Shown: positions 44,339 to 52,494 of the stretch, piece by piece
How the letters are laid out: each line of letters opens with the position of its first letter
Numbering within the stretch: the stretch's first letter is position 1
Assembly: GCA_016215315.1 (NCBI GenBank)
Contig: JACRKG010000040.1
Location: forward strand, 3,128-67,127
Direction: 5' to 3'
Source: Candidatus Woesearchaeota archaeon
Lineage (GTDB): Archaea; Nanobdellota; Nanobdellia; Woesearchaeales; ARS49
DNA length: 64,000 nt
The notes under the pieces: generated by a model
The model's input: the letters and a program-made list of their open reading frames with translations, nothing else
What the model was told of the DNA's origin: nothing
Database searches by the model: none
Made by a program: the position numbers and the translations under genes

Positions 44339-45010
44339 TTAGACCAATCTGAGTATCTCTTCCGCGCTATCAACTATATGTTCTGGATTTTCTTTTAGTA
44401 ATTTTTCTTTTGTTGTGAAACCATAAGTTACTGCTATTGTTGGTATTGAAGTTATTCTGTACTCTCTAACTCTTTTTGCTGCAATGATATCTGTAGGAGA
44501 ATCTCCGATGTAAACAGAATCGTATGGTGAAACGTCTAATTTATTCAATGCAACAAGTAAACATTTAGGATGCGGTTTTAGTAAGACTTCTTCACCGTTT
44601 GTAACATCTTCTTTTCCTACAATGATGCTGAAATAACTTTCTAAATTATGATCTTTTAATTGTTTATTTATCGCTGAGTGTGTGTTTGATGAAGCTATTG
44701 CTAATTTTTTCTTTTTTTCAGTTAATTTTTTTAGTACATCTTCTATTCCTTTACATAAATCAATTTTTGAATTGGCTTTGTGATTGTTATATTCTTTCCA
44801 AATAATATCTTTTTCTTTCTCCCAATCAAATCCTAATTTTGAATACATGTCAGGATAAACTGGCTCTTTGTAATCTTCTCTAAATTCCTCAATTGTTTTG
44901 TAAGAAAACTTTTTATCAAGAACATCACAGATATGATTAAACCATTTATATTGGTCTGGAAATGTATCTATGATTACACCATCAAAATCAAAAATCACCG
45001 CTTTGAACAC
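44339..45010 (-). CDS. HAD-superfamily hydrolase (phosphoglycolate phosphatase-like)
   Basis: FDFDGVIIDT, IASSN, KPHP, YIGDSPTDIIAA. Confidence 0.9.
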   Translation of the reverse strand: MFKAVIFDFDGVIIDTFPDQYKWFNHICDVLDKKFSYKTIEEFREDYKEPVYPDMYSKLGFDWEKEKDIIWKEYNNHKANSKIDLCKGIEDVLKKLTEKKKKLAIASSNTHSAINKQLKDHNLESYFSIIVGKEDVTNGEEVLLKPHPKCLLVALNKLDVSPYDSVYIGDSPTDIIAAKRVREYRITSIPTIAVTYGFTTKEKLLKENPEHIVDSAEEILRLV

Positions 45011-45114
45011 AACATAATTCCAATTGTTTCATTTAAAAGAATTATTGCACTGAATTGATGTTATTAAAATATGTAGTTTATATTAACTTTAGTAAAATAA
45101 AATAAAAAATAGAA

Positions 45115-45642
45115 TTATGCTGCCACTTGTGCTGTTTGTTTTTCTAACTTTTCTAGCTCTGCTTTAATTTTTGCTTCGCCTTTCTTTACTGCGGGATCTT
45201 TATTTTTTTGTTTTGCTACATCTTTTACTTTTTCTTCAACGCTTTTTTCTTTCTTAGGCTTAGCAGCTATTTTTGGTTCTTCTTTTTTCACTTCAGCTTT
45301 TTGTGCTGGTTTGTCCTCTTTTTTGTGTTCTTCTTTCTTTGGTTTTTCTTTTTTTGGTTCAGCTTTAGCTTCGGTAGTGAATTTTTGTCCAAATAATTCT
45401 GCAGTAACTATTCCTTTATCATCTTTTACAGCATCAACTTTTACTTTTGATGGTGGATTTCTTATTCCGTGCTTCCATATTTCTTCGTTAAGAGCTTTAC
45501 CTACTTTTATATTTTCATCTCTTACTCTGAAATGTCTTGTTAAGAATCTTCTAAGTCCTATTACTGCTTTTTTAGCTCTTTTGTACTTTGGTACTTTAAG
45601 CCATTCTTTCCTTAATGGAATCACATATGTTCTTTCAACCAT
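45115..45642 (-). CDS. rpl31e: 50S ribosomal protein L31e with a long K/E/A/P-rich C-terminal extension
   Basis: ERTYVIPLRK...KRAKKAV..LRRFL.RH, LNEEIWKHGIRNPP. Confidence 0.95.
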   Translation of the reverse strand: MVERTYVIPLRKEWLKVPKYKRAKKAVIGLRRFLTRHFRVRDENIKVGKALNEEIWKHGIRNPPSKVKVDAVKDDKGIVTAELFGQKFTTEAKAEPKKEKPKKEEHKKEDKPAQKAEVKKEEPKIAAKPKKEKSVEEKVKDVAKQKNKDPAVKKGEAKIKAELEKLEKQTAQVAA

Positions 45643-45653
45643 AATTATTCACC

Positions 45654-45827
45654 TTAAACGTTTGTTTTTGTTCTTCTCCAGTGTCTTTTGACTGCTGTAT
45701 GCCTTCCTGGATGTACTCTTCTTCCTTTACCGTAAATTTTAGGAACAGTCCAAATAGGAGCCCACCTAGTTTGTGAAGCTTTCTTAGCTAATCTCTTCTT
45801 CCTTGCGGGATGTTTGTACCTAGCCAT
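45654..45827 (-). CDS. rpl39e: 50S ribosomal protein L39e (57 aa, not in the ORF track)
   Basis: Manual translation MARYKHPARKKRLAKKASQTRWAPIWTVPKIYGKGRRVHPGRHTAVKRHWRRTKTNV*; lies between rps19e and rpl31e. Confidence 0.9.
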   Translation of the reverse strand: MARYKHPARKKRLAKKASQTRWAPIWTVPKIYGKGRRVHPGRHTAVKRHWRRTKTNV

Positions 45828-46251
45828 TTTTTGGAGTTAAAGCATTACTTACTTTGCCTAATAAAGATAATCCTTTAGGAGTTATTACTCTACCTTTTCT
45901 GATACCTTTTTCTACTTGCTTTGCAAGACCTGCTTTTTCTAATTGTTGTAAAATCTTTCTAATTATATTAGCGCTACCTTTGTAAACATGTGATGGTTTA
46001 TGACCTTTATTTTTTCTGCTACCATATTTTTTTCTTAATTTAGAAACACCAACTGGACCTAACTTGTCAAGTTTAGCTAATACTGCTGCTGCTCTAACAT
46101 GCCACCAATCTTTTCTAACAGGAGGTCTTTCTTTGCTCATTCCTGTTTTAACAAAAGGAGCCCATGCTGGTGGAGCGATTTCTTTTAAGTTTTTCAACTC
46201 CTCAGCTGCTTTTTCTATGAGTTTTGTTTTTTGAACGTCATTTAATGCCAT
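45820..46251 (-). CDS. rps19e: 30S ribosomal protein S19e
   Basis: PAWAPFVKTGMSKERPP...WWHVRAAAVL, IIRKILQQLEKAGL. Confidence 0.96.
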   Translation of the reverse strand: MALNDVQKTKLIEKAAEELKNLKEIAPPAWAPFVKTGMSKERPPVRKDWWHVRAAAVLAKLDKLGPVGVSKLRKKYGSRKNKGHKPSHVYKGSANIIRKILQQLEKAGLAKQVEKGIRKGRVITPKGLSLLGKVSNALTPKNG

Positions 46252-46305
46252 GAAACCTCCGAAGAAGTAAGTACAGAAACACAGGGTTATTTAAAAAGGT
46301 TTCTA

Positions 46306-46359
46306 TCAAACTTTAGCAAAGTTTGAGCAAAACAGCGGGGGTGCGCTAACGCTTACCCC
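46306..46359. repeat. Two intergenic hairpins between divergent promoters
   Basis: TCAAACTTT-AGC-AAAGTTTGA (46306-26) and GGGGTGCG-CTAA-CGC(TT)ACCCC (46338-59). Confidence 0.6.
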
Positions 46360-46456
46360 ACTAAAAAAACGACTGAAATGAGTTCGGAGATTCTGTAATA
46401 ATAAACAGATATGTTTAAAAAATATTAACACGATATTACTTTGTTGATTTTGAAAA

Positions 46457-47428
46457 ATGGATTTAAACACAATTGTTTATGGAGTAGGGCATTCTAGAGA
46501 AAATGCAGAAAGCGTGATTGAGTTAGTTTCTAAAGACATTCAAAAAGAAGATAAAATAGGTATTGAAGTAACTCCCAAAGATATCAAGTTCTATGAGCAA
46601 ATTAGTAAAGAAGGACTAACAATAAAAGAAGCTGAAGAAAGATTGGCAAATATTTTATTCAAAGAAAGTTCAAACTTCAGATATGATAAAACCCAAGAAT
46701 CGCTCGATTACTTTCTTTCAGGTCACGGTTTTTTCTTAAGAGTTTATCAAGCTTTAAGTCCACTATGTTCAAACATTTGCGGTTTAGATAGTCAAAGAAG
46801 TAATTTTCTAAGACTTGCAAGCAAAATGTATGATTTAGAAAGTTTTCATCTGCTCTTAAAAGCATATGGTTGCAATGAATTAGAACTAAAAAAAGTACAA
46901 AAATGTAGCTGGCCAACTCTTGTTGAAATTTTAAGAAATACTCACGCAAATAATCACTTTGTTAAAAAAATTCAAGAAGAAAAATGCACCAAAGCAATAC
47001 TTGGATTTGCTCATACAATTGATATCAAAGCAATATCTAATTTTAAAATAGTTTATTCATGGGAACATGCACAAAAATATGAAGCAGAATTAACCAAAAG
47101 TCAGGCTGAGTTAAGAAAAAAATATACAGAATACGGTTTTCTTCCAGATTTAACAGACAAACTTGAAGACGCGGATAAAATTAAAGACATACCTTTTGGC
47201 GCAGAAGAAGAATTAACGCCGGGAGATGAGAAAGAAATAGAAATCTTGCAAGGCTACGTAAAACTTCTAAGAGAACAAGGCCCTGAAGGAAAAGACGTTG
47301 TTGCATATGAAGAAAAACACAAAAATGAAAAATTACACGGACAACCCGCAATCAGAATGTTCTATGCAACAAAAATTATGGTACGCGCGATGGACTTGTT
47401 AAAAGAAAAAAAGCCACAAAAAGAGTGA
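46457..47428 (+). CDS. Hypothetical protein
   Basis: 323-aa ATG ORF. Confidence 0.65.
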   Translation: MDLNTIVYGVGHSRENAESVIELVSKDIQKEDKIGIEVTPKDIKFYEQISKEGLTIKEAEERLANILFKESSNFRYDKTQESLDYFLSGHGFFLRVYQALSPLCSNICGLDSQRSNFLRLASKMYDLESFHLLLKAYGCNELELKKVQKCSWPTLVEILRNTHANNHFVKKIQEEKCTKAILGFAHTIDIKAISNFKIVYSWEHAQKYEAELTKSQAELRKKYTEYGFLPDLTDKLEDADKIKDIPFGAEEELTPGDEKEIEILQGYVKLLREQGPEGKDVVAYEEKHKNEKLHGQPAIRMFYATKIMVRAMDLLKEKKPQKE

Positions 47429-47439
47429 AATTTTTAGCA

Positions 47440-47472
47440 GACCATAAACTATAAACTCCAAACTGTAAACCA
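47440..47472 (-). repeat. Heptamer tandem repeat, dispersed family copy
   Basis: Minus strand TGGTTTACAGTTTGGAGTTTATAGTTTATGGTC immediately after the Lrp gene stop. Confidence 0.7.
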
Positions 47473-47473
47473 G

Positions 47474-48457
47474 TTACCACATTCCTTTAGGATAAGAGAA
47501 TCTTCTCAAATTTTCAAGAACTATTGAGAAAGAATATTGCTTTAAGTCTTCTTTGAAATATGCTCTTAAATCTGTGAATTGTACATCGAACTCTCTTTGA
47601 TCTTTAGCAATAATTAATATTTTGATATCATAATTTCCCAACAATCTTTCTGCATGAAGAATATTATTCTGTGTTTTCAAGAATTCAGAAATTTTTCTTC
47701 TTTTTTCATTAGAAAATTTGTTAATTTTTAAGAGCAAAACATAAGTTTGCAAACCAAACTTTTCATAATTAATAATTGCTTTAGCCTTAGTTATTACCCC
47801 TGTTGTTACAAGTTTGTTAAATCTTGAAGTGCAAGAGTCGATGCTTAAATTAGTAATTTGCGCTAGTTTAGCCATATTAATATTGGCTTTGTTTGACAAG
47901 GTGTTCAATATTCTTCTATCTTTTCCTTCCAAAACTATTTTTCCGTAATATCTCTCAGGCCATTTAGGTCTGTAATCCATATTTGCAAGAAAATTAAGTC
48001 TTTCATGCTTCATAGGAATTGTATTTGAAAGAATTTGGTTTTCAGCAATGTTATCTCCAAATTTATCATTTAACTCGTCGATAAAATCTGCCAAACCGAA
48101 CTTATCTCTGACTGCAACAGTAATAATAAAATCCCAATCACCGCTGCATCTATCAAGATATTTGATATTTTTGTGTGTTTTCAAAAAAGAACACATTTCA
48201 TTTAAAACTTCATTGGTTATTTTTTGTAATTTGAGTGTTATAACATACGTATCAAAATTGAGTTTTCTATTACTTATTACTAGATTTATTCCTGTGATAT
48301 ATTTTTCTTTTATCAGTTTTTTAATCCTATAAGCAACTAGCTCTCTGGAAAGATGGATTAATTTAGAAATTCTCGTCTGAGACAGCCTTCCATCTTCGTT
48401 AAGCAAATACAGTATTTGTTTATCCTTTTTATCTATGGATTTAACATTTTTAGGCAT
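47474..48457 (-). CDS. Tandem (double) Lrp/AsnC-family transcriptional regulator
   Basis: Two wHTH+RAM units: DKKDKQILYLLNEDGR...RIKKL...SGDWDF and KDRRILNTL...RFNKL...LGNYDI. Confidence 0.88.
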   Translation of the reverse strand: MPKNVKSIDKKDKQILYLLNEDGRLSQTRISKLIHLSRELVAYRIKKLIKEKYITGINLVISNRKLNFDTYVITLKLQKITNEVLNEMCSFLKTHKNIKYLDRCSGDWDFIITVAVRDKFGLADFIDELNDKFGDNIAENQILSNTIPMKHERLNFLANMDYRPKWPERYYGKIVLEGKDRRILNTLSNKANINMAKLAQITNLSIDSCTSRFNKLVTTGVITKAKAIINYEKFGLQTYVLLLKINKFSNEKRRKISEFLKTQNNILHAERLLGNYDIKILIIAKDQREFDVQFTDLRAYFKEDLKQYSFSIVLENLRRFSYPKGMW

Positions 48458-48524
48458 ATTATTTACTAAAATTGGACTAAATATATAAATTTTACCTAGA
48501 AAAGTAAAAAATAAAAACTTAAAT

Positions 48525-48532
48525 TTTATATT
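48525..48532 (+). promoter_or_regulatory. Candidate archaeal TATA box for the RNA array/Ro60 transcript
   Basis: TTTATATT about 26-30 nt upstream of the first stem-loop unit; an opposite-strand TATA at 48482-89 fits the Lrp gene. Confidence 0.5.
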
Positions 48533-48557
48533 AAAGCTTGCTTTTCTTTCTTTTTAT

Positions 48558-48620
48558 GAGGTGGAGGAAAGGTTACTCCGGCTTAAAACCGAACAATTAT
48601 TACCTTTTCTCTTAGTCCTC
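48558..48620 (+). ncRNA. Candidate minimal Y RNA, class 1 copy a
   Basis: GAGG/CCTC ends; 10-bp GAGGAAAGGT/ACCTTTTCTC stem; GTTACTCCGG and TAGTCCTC motifs shared with 48708-48792. Confidence 0.6.
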
Positions 48621-48634
48621 AAAACGCACACAAA

Positions 48635-48703
48635 ATGTGGGAATCATAGCCAGGTATCAAACGGATATCAAAACAATACTTGGTATCAGAGAATCCTATT
48701 CAT
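48635..48703 (+). ncRNA. Candidate structured RNA, class 2 copy a (boundaries uncertain)
   Basis: TGGGA/TCCTA and CCAGGTAT/ATACTTGG stems; GGTATCAAACGGAT and GAGAATCC motifs. Confidence 0.45.
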
Positions 48704-48707
48704 TTTC

Positions 48708-48792
48708 GAGGTGCTGGAGAAGTTACTTCGGTCAACGCGCTAATAACGCTAACGGTTCAAATCCGTGATCTTCTCCGATAGTCCTCGAGCAC
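48708..48792 (+). ncRNA. YrlA-like Y RNA with a tRNA T-arm mimic, class 1 copy b
   Basis: GTGCT/AGCAC and GGAGAAG/CTTCTCC stems; ACGG-TTCAAAT-CCGT T-arm; GCG-CTAATAA-CGC 7-nt-loop arm; directly upstream of Ro60. Confidence 0.72.
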
Positions 48793-48808
48793 AATCACCA
48801 GTCAAACT

Positions 48809-48872
48809 GACTTCAAAAGGTATCAAAGGATGTCCAGGGCTTCTTGAGAATCGCTTGATGTCACGTGAAGTC
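48809..48872 (+). ncRNA. Candidate structured RNA, class 2 copy b (boundaries uncertain)
   Basis: GACTTCA/TGAAGTC closing stem; GGTATCAAAGGAT and GAGAATCG motifs. Confidence 0.45.
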
Positions 48873-48886
48873 TTTTGATATCAAAA
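48873..48886. promoter_or_regulatory. Perfect 14-bp palindrome upstream of the Ro60 start
   Basis: TTTTGATATCAAAA. Confidence 0.4.
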
Positions 48887-48919
48887 AATTCCCCGCAATT
48901 AGTTGGGGTGGAGGTAAAA

Positions 48920-50485
48920 ATGAAAGCACAAATAAAAAAACTATTTGAAAAATATAGAATATACAAGGATGCAACACTAGTAAATTACGAAGGAAATGTT
49001 GCTTTTGAATTAAGCGATGAAGACTTGTTCATGCAAACATTACTAACAAACACTTGTTCAAATACTTTTTACGCTGATAAAGAAGAATTAGTGAAAGAAA
49101 GCATAGAAGTGCATAAAAAAATGCTTGCAAAAGATCCTAAATTTTACGCGCAAGCATTAGTTTACGCAAGAACTAAAGGATTCATGAGATTACAACCAGT
49201 GTTAGGACTAGTTTTCTTGTCAACAATAACAGATAAGAGTTATTTCAGAAGTACTTTCAAAAGAGTAGTTCTTACACCTAGCGATTTAGAATCTTTCTTA
49301 GATTTGTGCAGATCAAAATCTGTAAGACAAGGTCTTGGAAGAAGCATAAAAACTGAAATAATCAGTTATCTAAAAGAAAAATTAACTGAATACTACGCAA
49401 TAAAGTACAAGAAAGCACTAAAAGATGCAGTGAAATTAAGCAGGCCAAATGCTAAAGCATTTGGTGACGTTAAAAAAGCAATTGTCGAATACATAATGAG
49501 AGGAGAACTTACTGAAGATCTTAAGCAAGCAAAAGCAGTGGAAAAATTAAAGACAATGAATCCCGCAAATGATGAAACAGAAATTATAAAATTAATAGAA
49601 GAAGGAAGACTACCTTACGAAGCAGTAGTTGGAGCAATAACACCAACACAAAAAATCTGGGAAGCACTATTGTACCAAATGCCAATATTTGCAACGCTAA
49701 GACAAATTAACACAATGGCTAGAAATAAAGTATTTGAGTCAGAAAAAGCAGTAAATTATGTTTGCGAGAAATTACAACACGTTGAAGAAAGCAAAATATT
49801 ACCTTTTAGATTTTATACAGCGATAAATAGTTTAGATATTTCAGTGCCTAACAAAGTAAAGGATGCAATAGTTGATGCTCTAGAAAAAAGCTTTGTCAAC
49901 ATGCCAGAAATAAAAGGAAAAACATGCATAGCTCCTGATGTAAGTGGAAGTATGTGTTCAGGAAAACCTAGAAATGTAGACATAGCAGGAATATTCAGTG
50001 CCGCATTAATGAAGAAAACAAAAGATTGTATGATATTACCAGTAGACACAGCAATACACCCACACACTTGCAGCACTAGAGACAGTATAATGAGTAACGC
50101 AGAAAAGTTAGCAAAACTAGGTGGCGGAGGTACAGAATTAGACCTTCCCATAATTTACTTGCTAGACAATAAAATAAAAGTAGACAACTACATATGCATT
50201 ACTGACAGCGAGGAATGGTACAGTGATAAAAGATACTTTTGGAACACAAAATCAAGCACAGATAGAGGTTTTTATCAAGCACTAAGAGACTACAAAAATA
50301 AAATCAATCCAAACCTGAAAGTATTTTACATAAGAATAGCACCTTACAAGCATAGCACTGCTCCAGCAAAAGAACCAAACTTGTACAACATAGAAGGCTG
50401 GTCAAACACAGTACTAGACTTTATATCAACAATCAGTAACTTAGGAAAAGACCAAATCGATGCAGTGAAGGCAGTGGAGATATAG
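48920..50485 (+). CDS. rsr: Ro60/TROVE-domain RNA-binding protein with C-terminal vWA (MIDAS) domain
   Basis: NTFYA..EEL, DPKFYAQALVYARTKGFMR, GLGRSIK, WEALLYQMP..ATLRQ, ILPFRF, DVSGSM, TDSE, IEGWS; GGAGGT SD before ATG 48920 (521 aa). Confidence 0.92.
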   Translation: MKAQIKKLFEKYRIYKDATLVNYEGNVAFELSDEDLFMQTLLTNTCSNTFYADKEELVKESIEVHKKMLAKDPKFYAQALVYARTKGFMRLQPVLGLVFLSTITDKSYFRSTFKRVVLTPSDLESFLDLCRSKSVRQGLGRSIKTEIISYLKEKLTEYYAIKYKKALKDAVKLSRPNAKAFGDVKKAIVEYIMRGELTEDLKQAKAVEKLKTMNPANDETEIIKLIEEGRLPYEAVVGAITPTQKIWEALLYQMPIFATLRQINTMARNKVFESEKAVNYVCEKLQHVEESKILPFRFYTAINSLDISVPNKVKDAIVDALEKSFVNMPEIKGKTCIAPDVSGSMCSGKPRNVDIAGIFSAALMKKTKDCMILPVDTAIHPHTCSTRDSIMSNAEKLAKLGGGGTELDLPIIYLLDNKIKVDNYICITDSEEWYSDKRYFWNTKSSTDRGFYQALRDYKNKINPNLKVFYIRIAPYKHSTAPAKEPNLYNIEGWSNTVLDFISTISNLGKDQIDAVKAVEI

Positions 50486-50513
50486 TTTGGGGTTTATTGT
50501 TTGGAGTTTGTGG
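50483..50513 (+). repeat. Heptamer tandem repeat, dispersed family copy
   Basis: TAGTTTGGGGTTTATTGTTTGGAGTTTGTGG starting at the TAG stop of Ro60. Confidence 0.65.
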
Positions 50514-50537
50514 TGACTAACATTGTTTTTTTATTTT

Positions 50538-50639
50538 TTATCTATTATTTTTGTCCAATATGTTACTAATTTCTTTAAAGAATCTTCTTGCTCTTTCAAG
50601 CGAAGTATTTGCTTTATTTTTTTGAGTATCATCCAACAT
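50538..50639 (-). pseudogene. Probable HEPN remnant (33 aa, internal deletion)
   Basis: MLDDTQKNKANTSLERARRFFKEISNILDKNNR*; overlaps the MNT stop; resembles the terminal HEPN helix but lacks Rx4-6H. Confidence 0.45.
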
Positions 50640-51243
50640 AGTATTGCCTCAATATATTTAAGAAATATTCGGCGCCATATAAAACTACATGGTTTTTTAA
50701 TATTTCATTACCTACATTAAATTTATTTGGTGTTTTCCACATTTCAAGCATGCCTTTTTCTGTAACAATATTAATATCACAATTATAACCAACTAAACTA
50801 TCTTTTACTAAGCTTTCGAACTTCGCATAATTGTACTCTTCAGGAATAATAAACAGTAAATCAATATCTGAAGTTTCATTTGGTTTATTTGCTTGACTTC
50901 CAAATAGTATGCAAATAAAATTTTTATTCATTCCTTTGATGCTCTTTCTTACAACATTAAGAGTAGTATTAATACAAACATCATCCGCTCTCTCCATTTC
51001 AACAAAAACTTGATTAGTGCTAGGTTTTTTCAAATTTGGCCTTATAACTTTGCTATTTCCTACTTTTTCAATAATAACGTCTTCTTTCTTAGCCAAACTA
51101 TGCACGCTTTGATGAACTTGAAAATAGCCTCGTCTTAAAATTCTAGTTATATCACTTATCGTGAGATTTTTGCTTAAGTCTTTAAATAACAGCTTCAATG
51201 TCCTTAATTCATCTTTTTTTAGCATATATTTTGAAAATAACAA
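50629..51243 (-). CDS. wHTH + minimal nucleotidyltransferase (MNT) domain protein
   Basis: ILFGSQA...SDIDLLFI motif; N-terminal wHTH. Confidence 0.85.
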   Translation of the reverse strand: MLFSKYMLKKDELRTLKLLFKDLSKNLTISDITRILRRGYFQVHQSVHSLAKKEDVIIEKVGNSKVIRPNLKKPSTNQVFVEMERADDVCINTTLNVVRKSIKGMNKNFICILFGSQANKPNETSDIDLLFIIPEEYNYAKFESLVKDSLVGYNCDINIVTEKGMLEMWKTPNKFNVGNEILKNHVVLYGAEYFLNILRQYYVG

Positions 51244-51330
51244 TATAAATTTTTATTGATAGATATATCAATATTAATTGATATTTAAACTTTTCGGTTT
51301 TAAACAGAATAAGGACTACTTTTTTTCTTG

Positions 51331-52485
51331 TTAGCTAGTTGTATACTTTCTAATAGCTCTCAAAATAGTTTCTGTGTCTACGGCAGGCATGTGTTTCTCT
51401 TGTCTTTCTGAGTTAATGTTTGTATTTAATTCTTCAAATAACATATTGATTAGAGGTTCAGAAATTTTTGTTCTTGTTGAATGATCAGCATAGTCTACGG
51501 CAATACAATTATCTGGCAAAAAATCATGCATTACGGTATAATAAACTTTCCAGAGAAGTCTTGAAAGTTCCTTGTTAATTTCTGGCAAAATTTCTCCTCT
51601 TAGCTCTGCCGCCCATTCAACAACCCCCAACTGACTTCCACCCAAACTATACATCATTGGTAATGATAATTCAACAGATTCTTTTCTTAGGAAAAGATTA
51701 TTTGCTTTAATATCTATCTGTAATCTTGAACCTTTCTTTAAAGCTTCTTGCTCTAGATGTCTGGCAATAAATTCCTTATCTCGGGATATTTTACCTTGAA
51801 ATGGATTATATTTAGTCTCTCCATGTCCAAGAATAAGAGCTCCATGAGCTGCAATTAAGCCTCCTTCTTTTAAATTTCGGTATGCTTGTTTTAAAACATT
51901 GTATCTCATGTAATCTGGGTCTATATAGCATAAGGCCATGTCAGAAAATATTAAATCAAATCCGTTCAAAGTTTCTTCATGTAAAATTTGATCAAGATGT
52001 CTCATATCCCCTACAAGATATTTTATTCCTCTCGTTGCAAGCAGGTCTCTTGTTGAATGTCTTTTTTGCTCACTAAAGTAATTGTCACGTAGATCTGCAA
52101 TAGATAGGCCAACCAGCACTAAATTATTTTTAACTGCTTCAATACCATATCTTTTTTCTAATTCATGATACAAATCCAGTAAAAATTCTGCTCGTCCACA
52201 TCCAAGATCTAGAATTCTAAACTTCTCACCGCGTTCAAGACAACCATTAAAACCTTCTATAACAATATCTAATAGTGGTTTTTCTTTCGGATTATCTGAG
52301 GTAGATAAATCAATTGGAAAATTCATGAAATCTTCACTGTACTTATCAAGTCCTCTATCTATTACATACTTAACTTGCTCAGAATCTCCATATCTGCGTT
52401 GATCATTAGCGCCAGGGTTACCTAGGTTGATCATGTATCTGAGAAATTCACTTTCCGATTCTAACATATCTAATAAATTTGTCAT
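51331..52485 (-). CDS. Class I SAM-dependent methyltransferase
   Basis: RILDLGCGRA, GDM, FDLIFS, LKEGG. Confidence 0.8.
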   Translation of the reverse strand: MTNLLDMLESESEFLRYMINLGNPGANDQRRYGDSEQVKYVIDRGLDKYSEDFMNFPIDLSTSDNPKEKPLLDIVIEGFNGCLERGEKFRILDLGCGRAEFLLDLYHELEKRYGIEAVKNNLVLVGLSIADLRDNYFSEQKRHSTRDLLATRGIKYLVGDMRHLDQILHEETLNGFDLIFSDMALCYIDPDYMRYNVLKQAYRNLKEGGLIAAHGALILGHGETKYNPFQGKISRDKEFIARHLEQEALKKGSRLQIDIKANNLFLRKESVELSLPMMYSLGGSQLGVVEWAAELRGEILPEINKELSRLLWKVYYTVMHDFLPDNCIAVDYADHSTRTKISEPLINMLFEELNTNINSERQEKHMPAVDTETILRAIRKYTTS

Positions 52486-52494
52486 TTTATTTTT

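Noticed and set aside
48561-48743. 60-aa ORF over the RNA array
   Set aside because: GTG start, no recognisable motif, and it overlaps strongly structured repeated units
48708-48792. Canonical tRNA gene
   Set aside because: It has a T-arm but no D-arm, no 7-bp acceptor stem adjoining the T-arm and no CCA/discriminator geometry; better explained as a Y RNA mimic
48558-48872. CRISPR array
   Set aside because: Units are not identical repeats with regular unique spacers, and no cas genes are present
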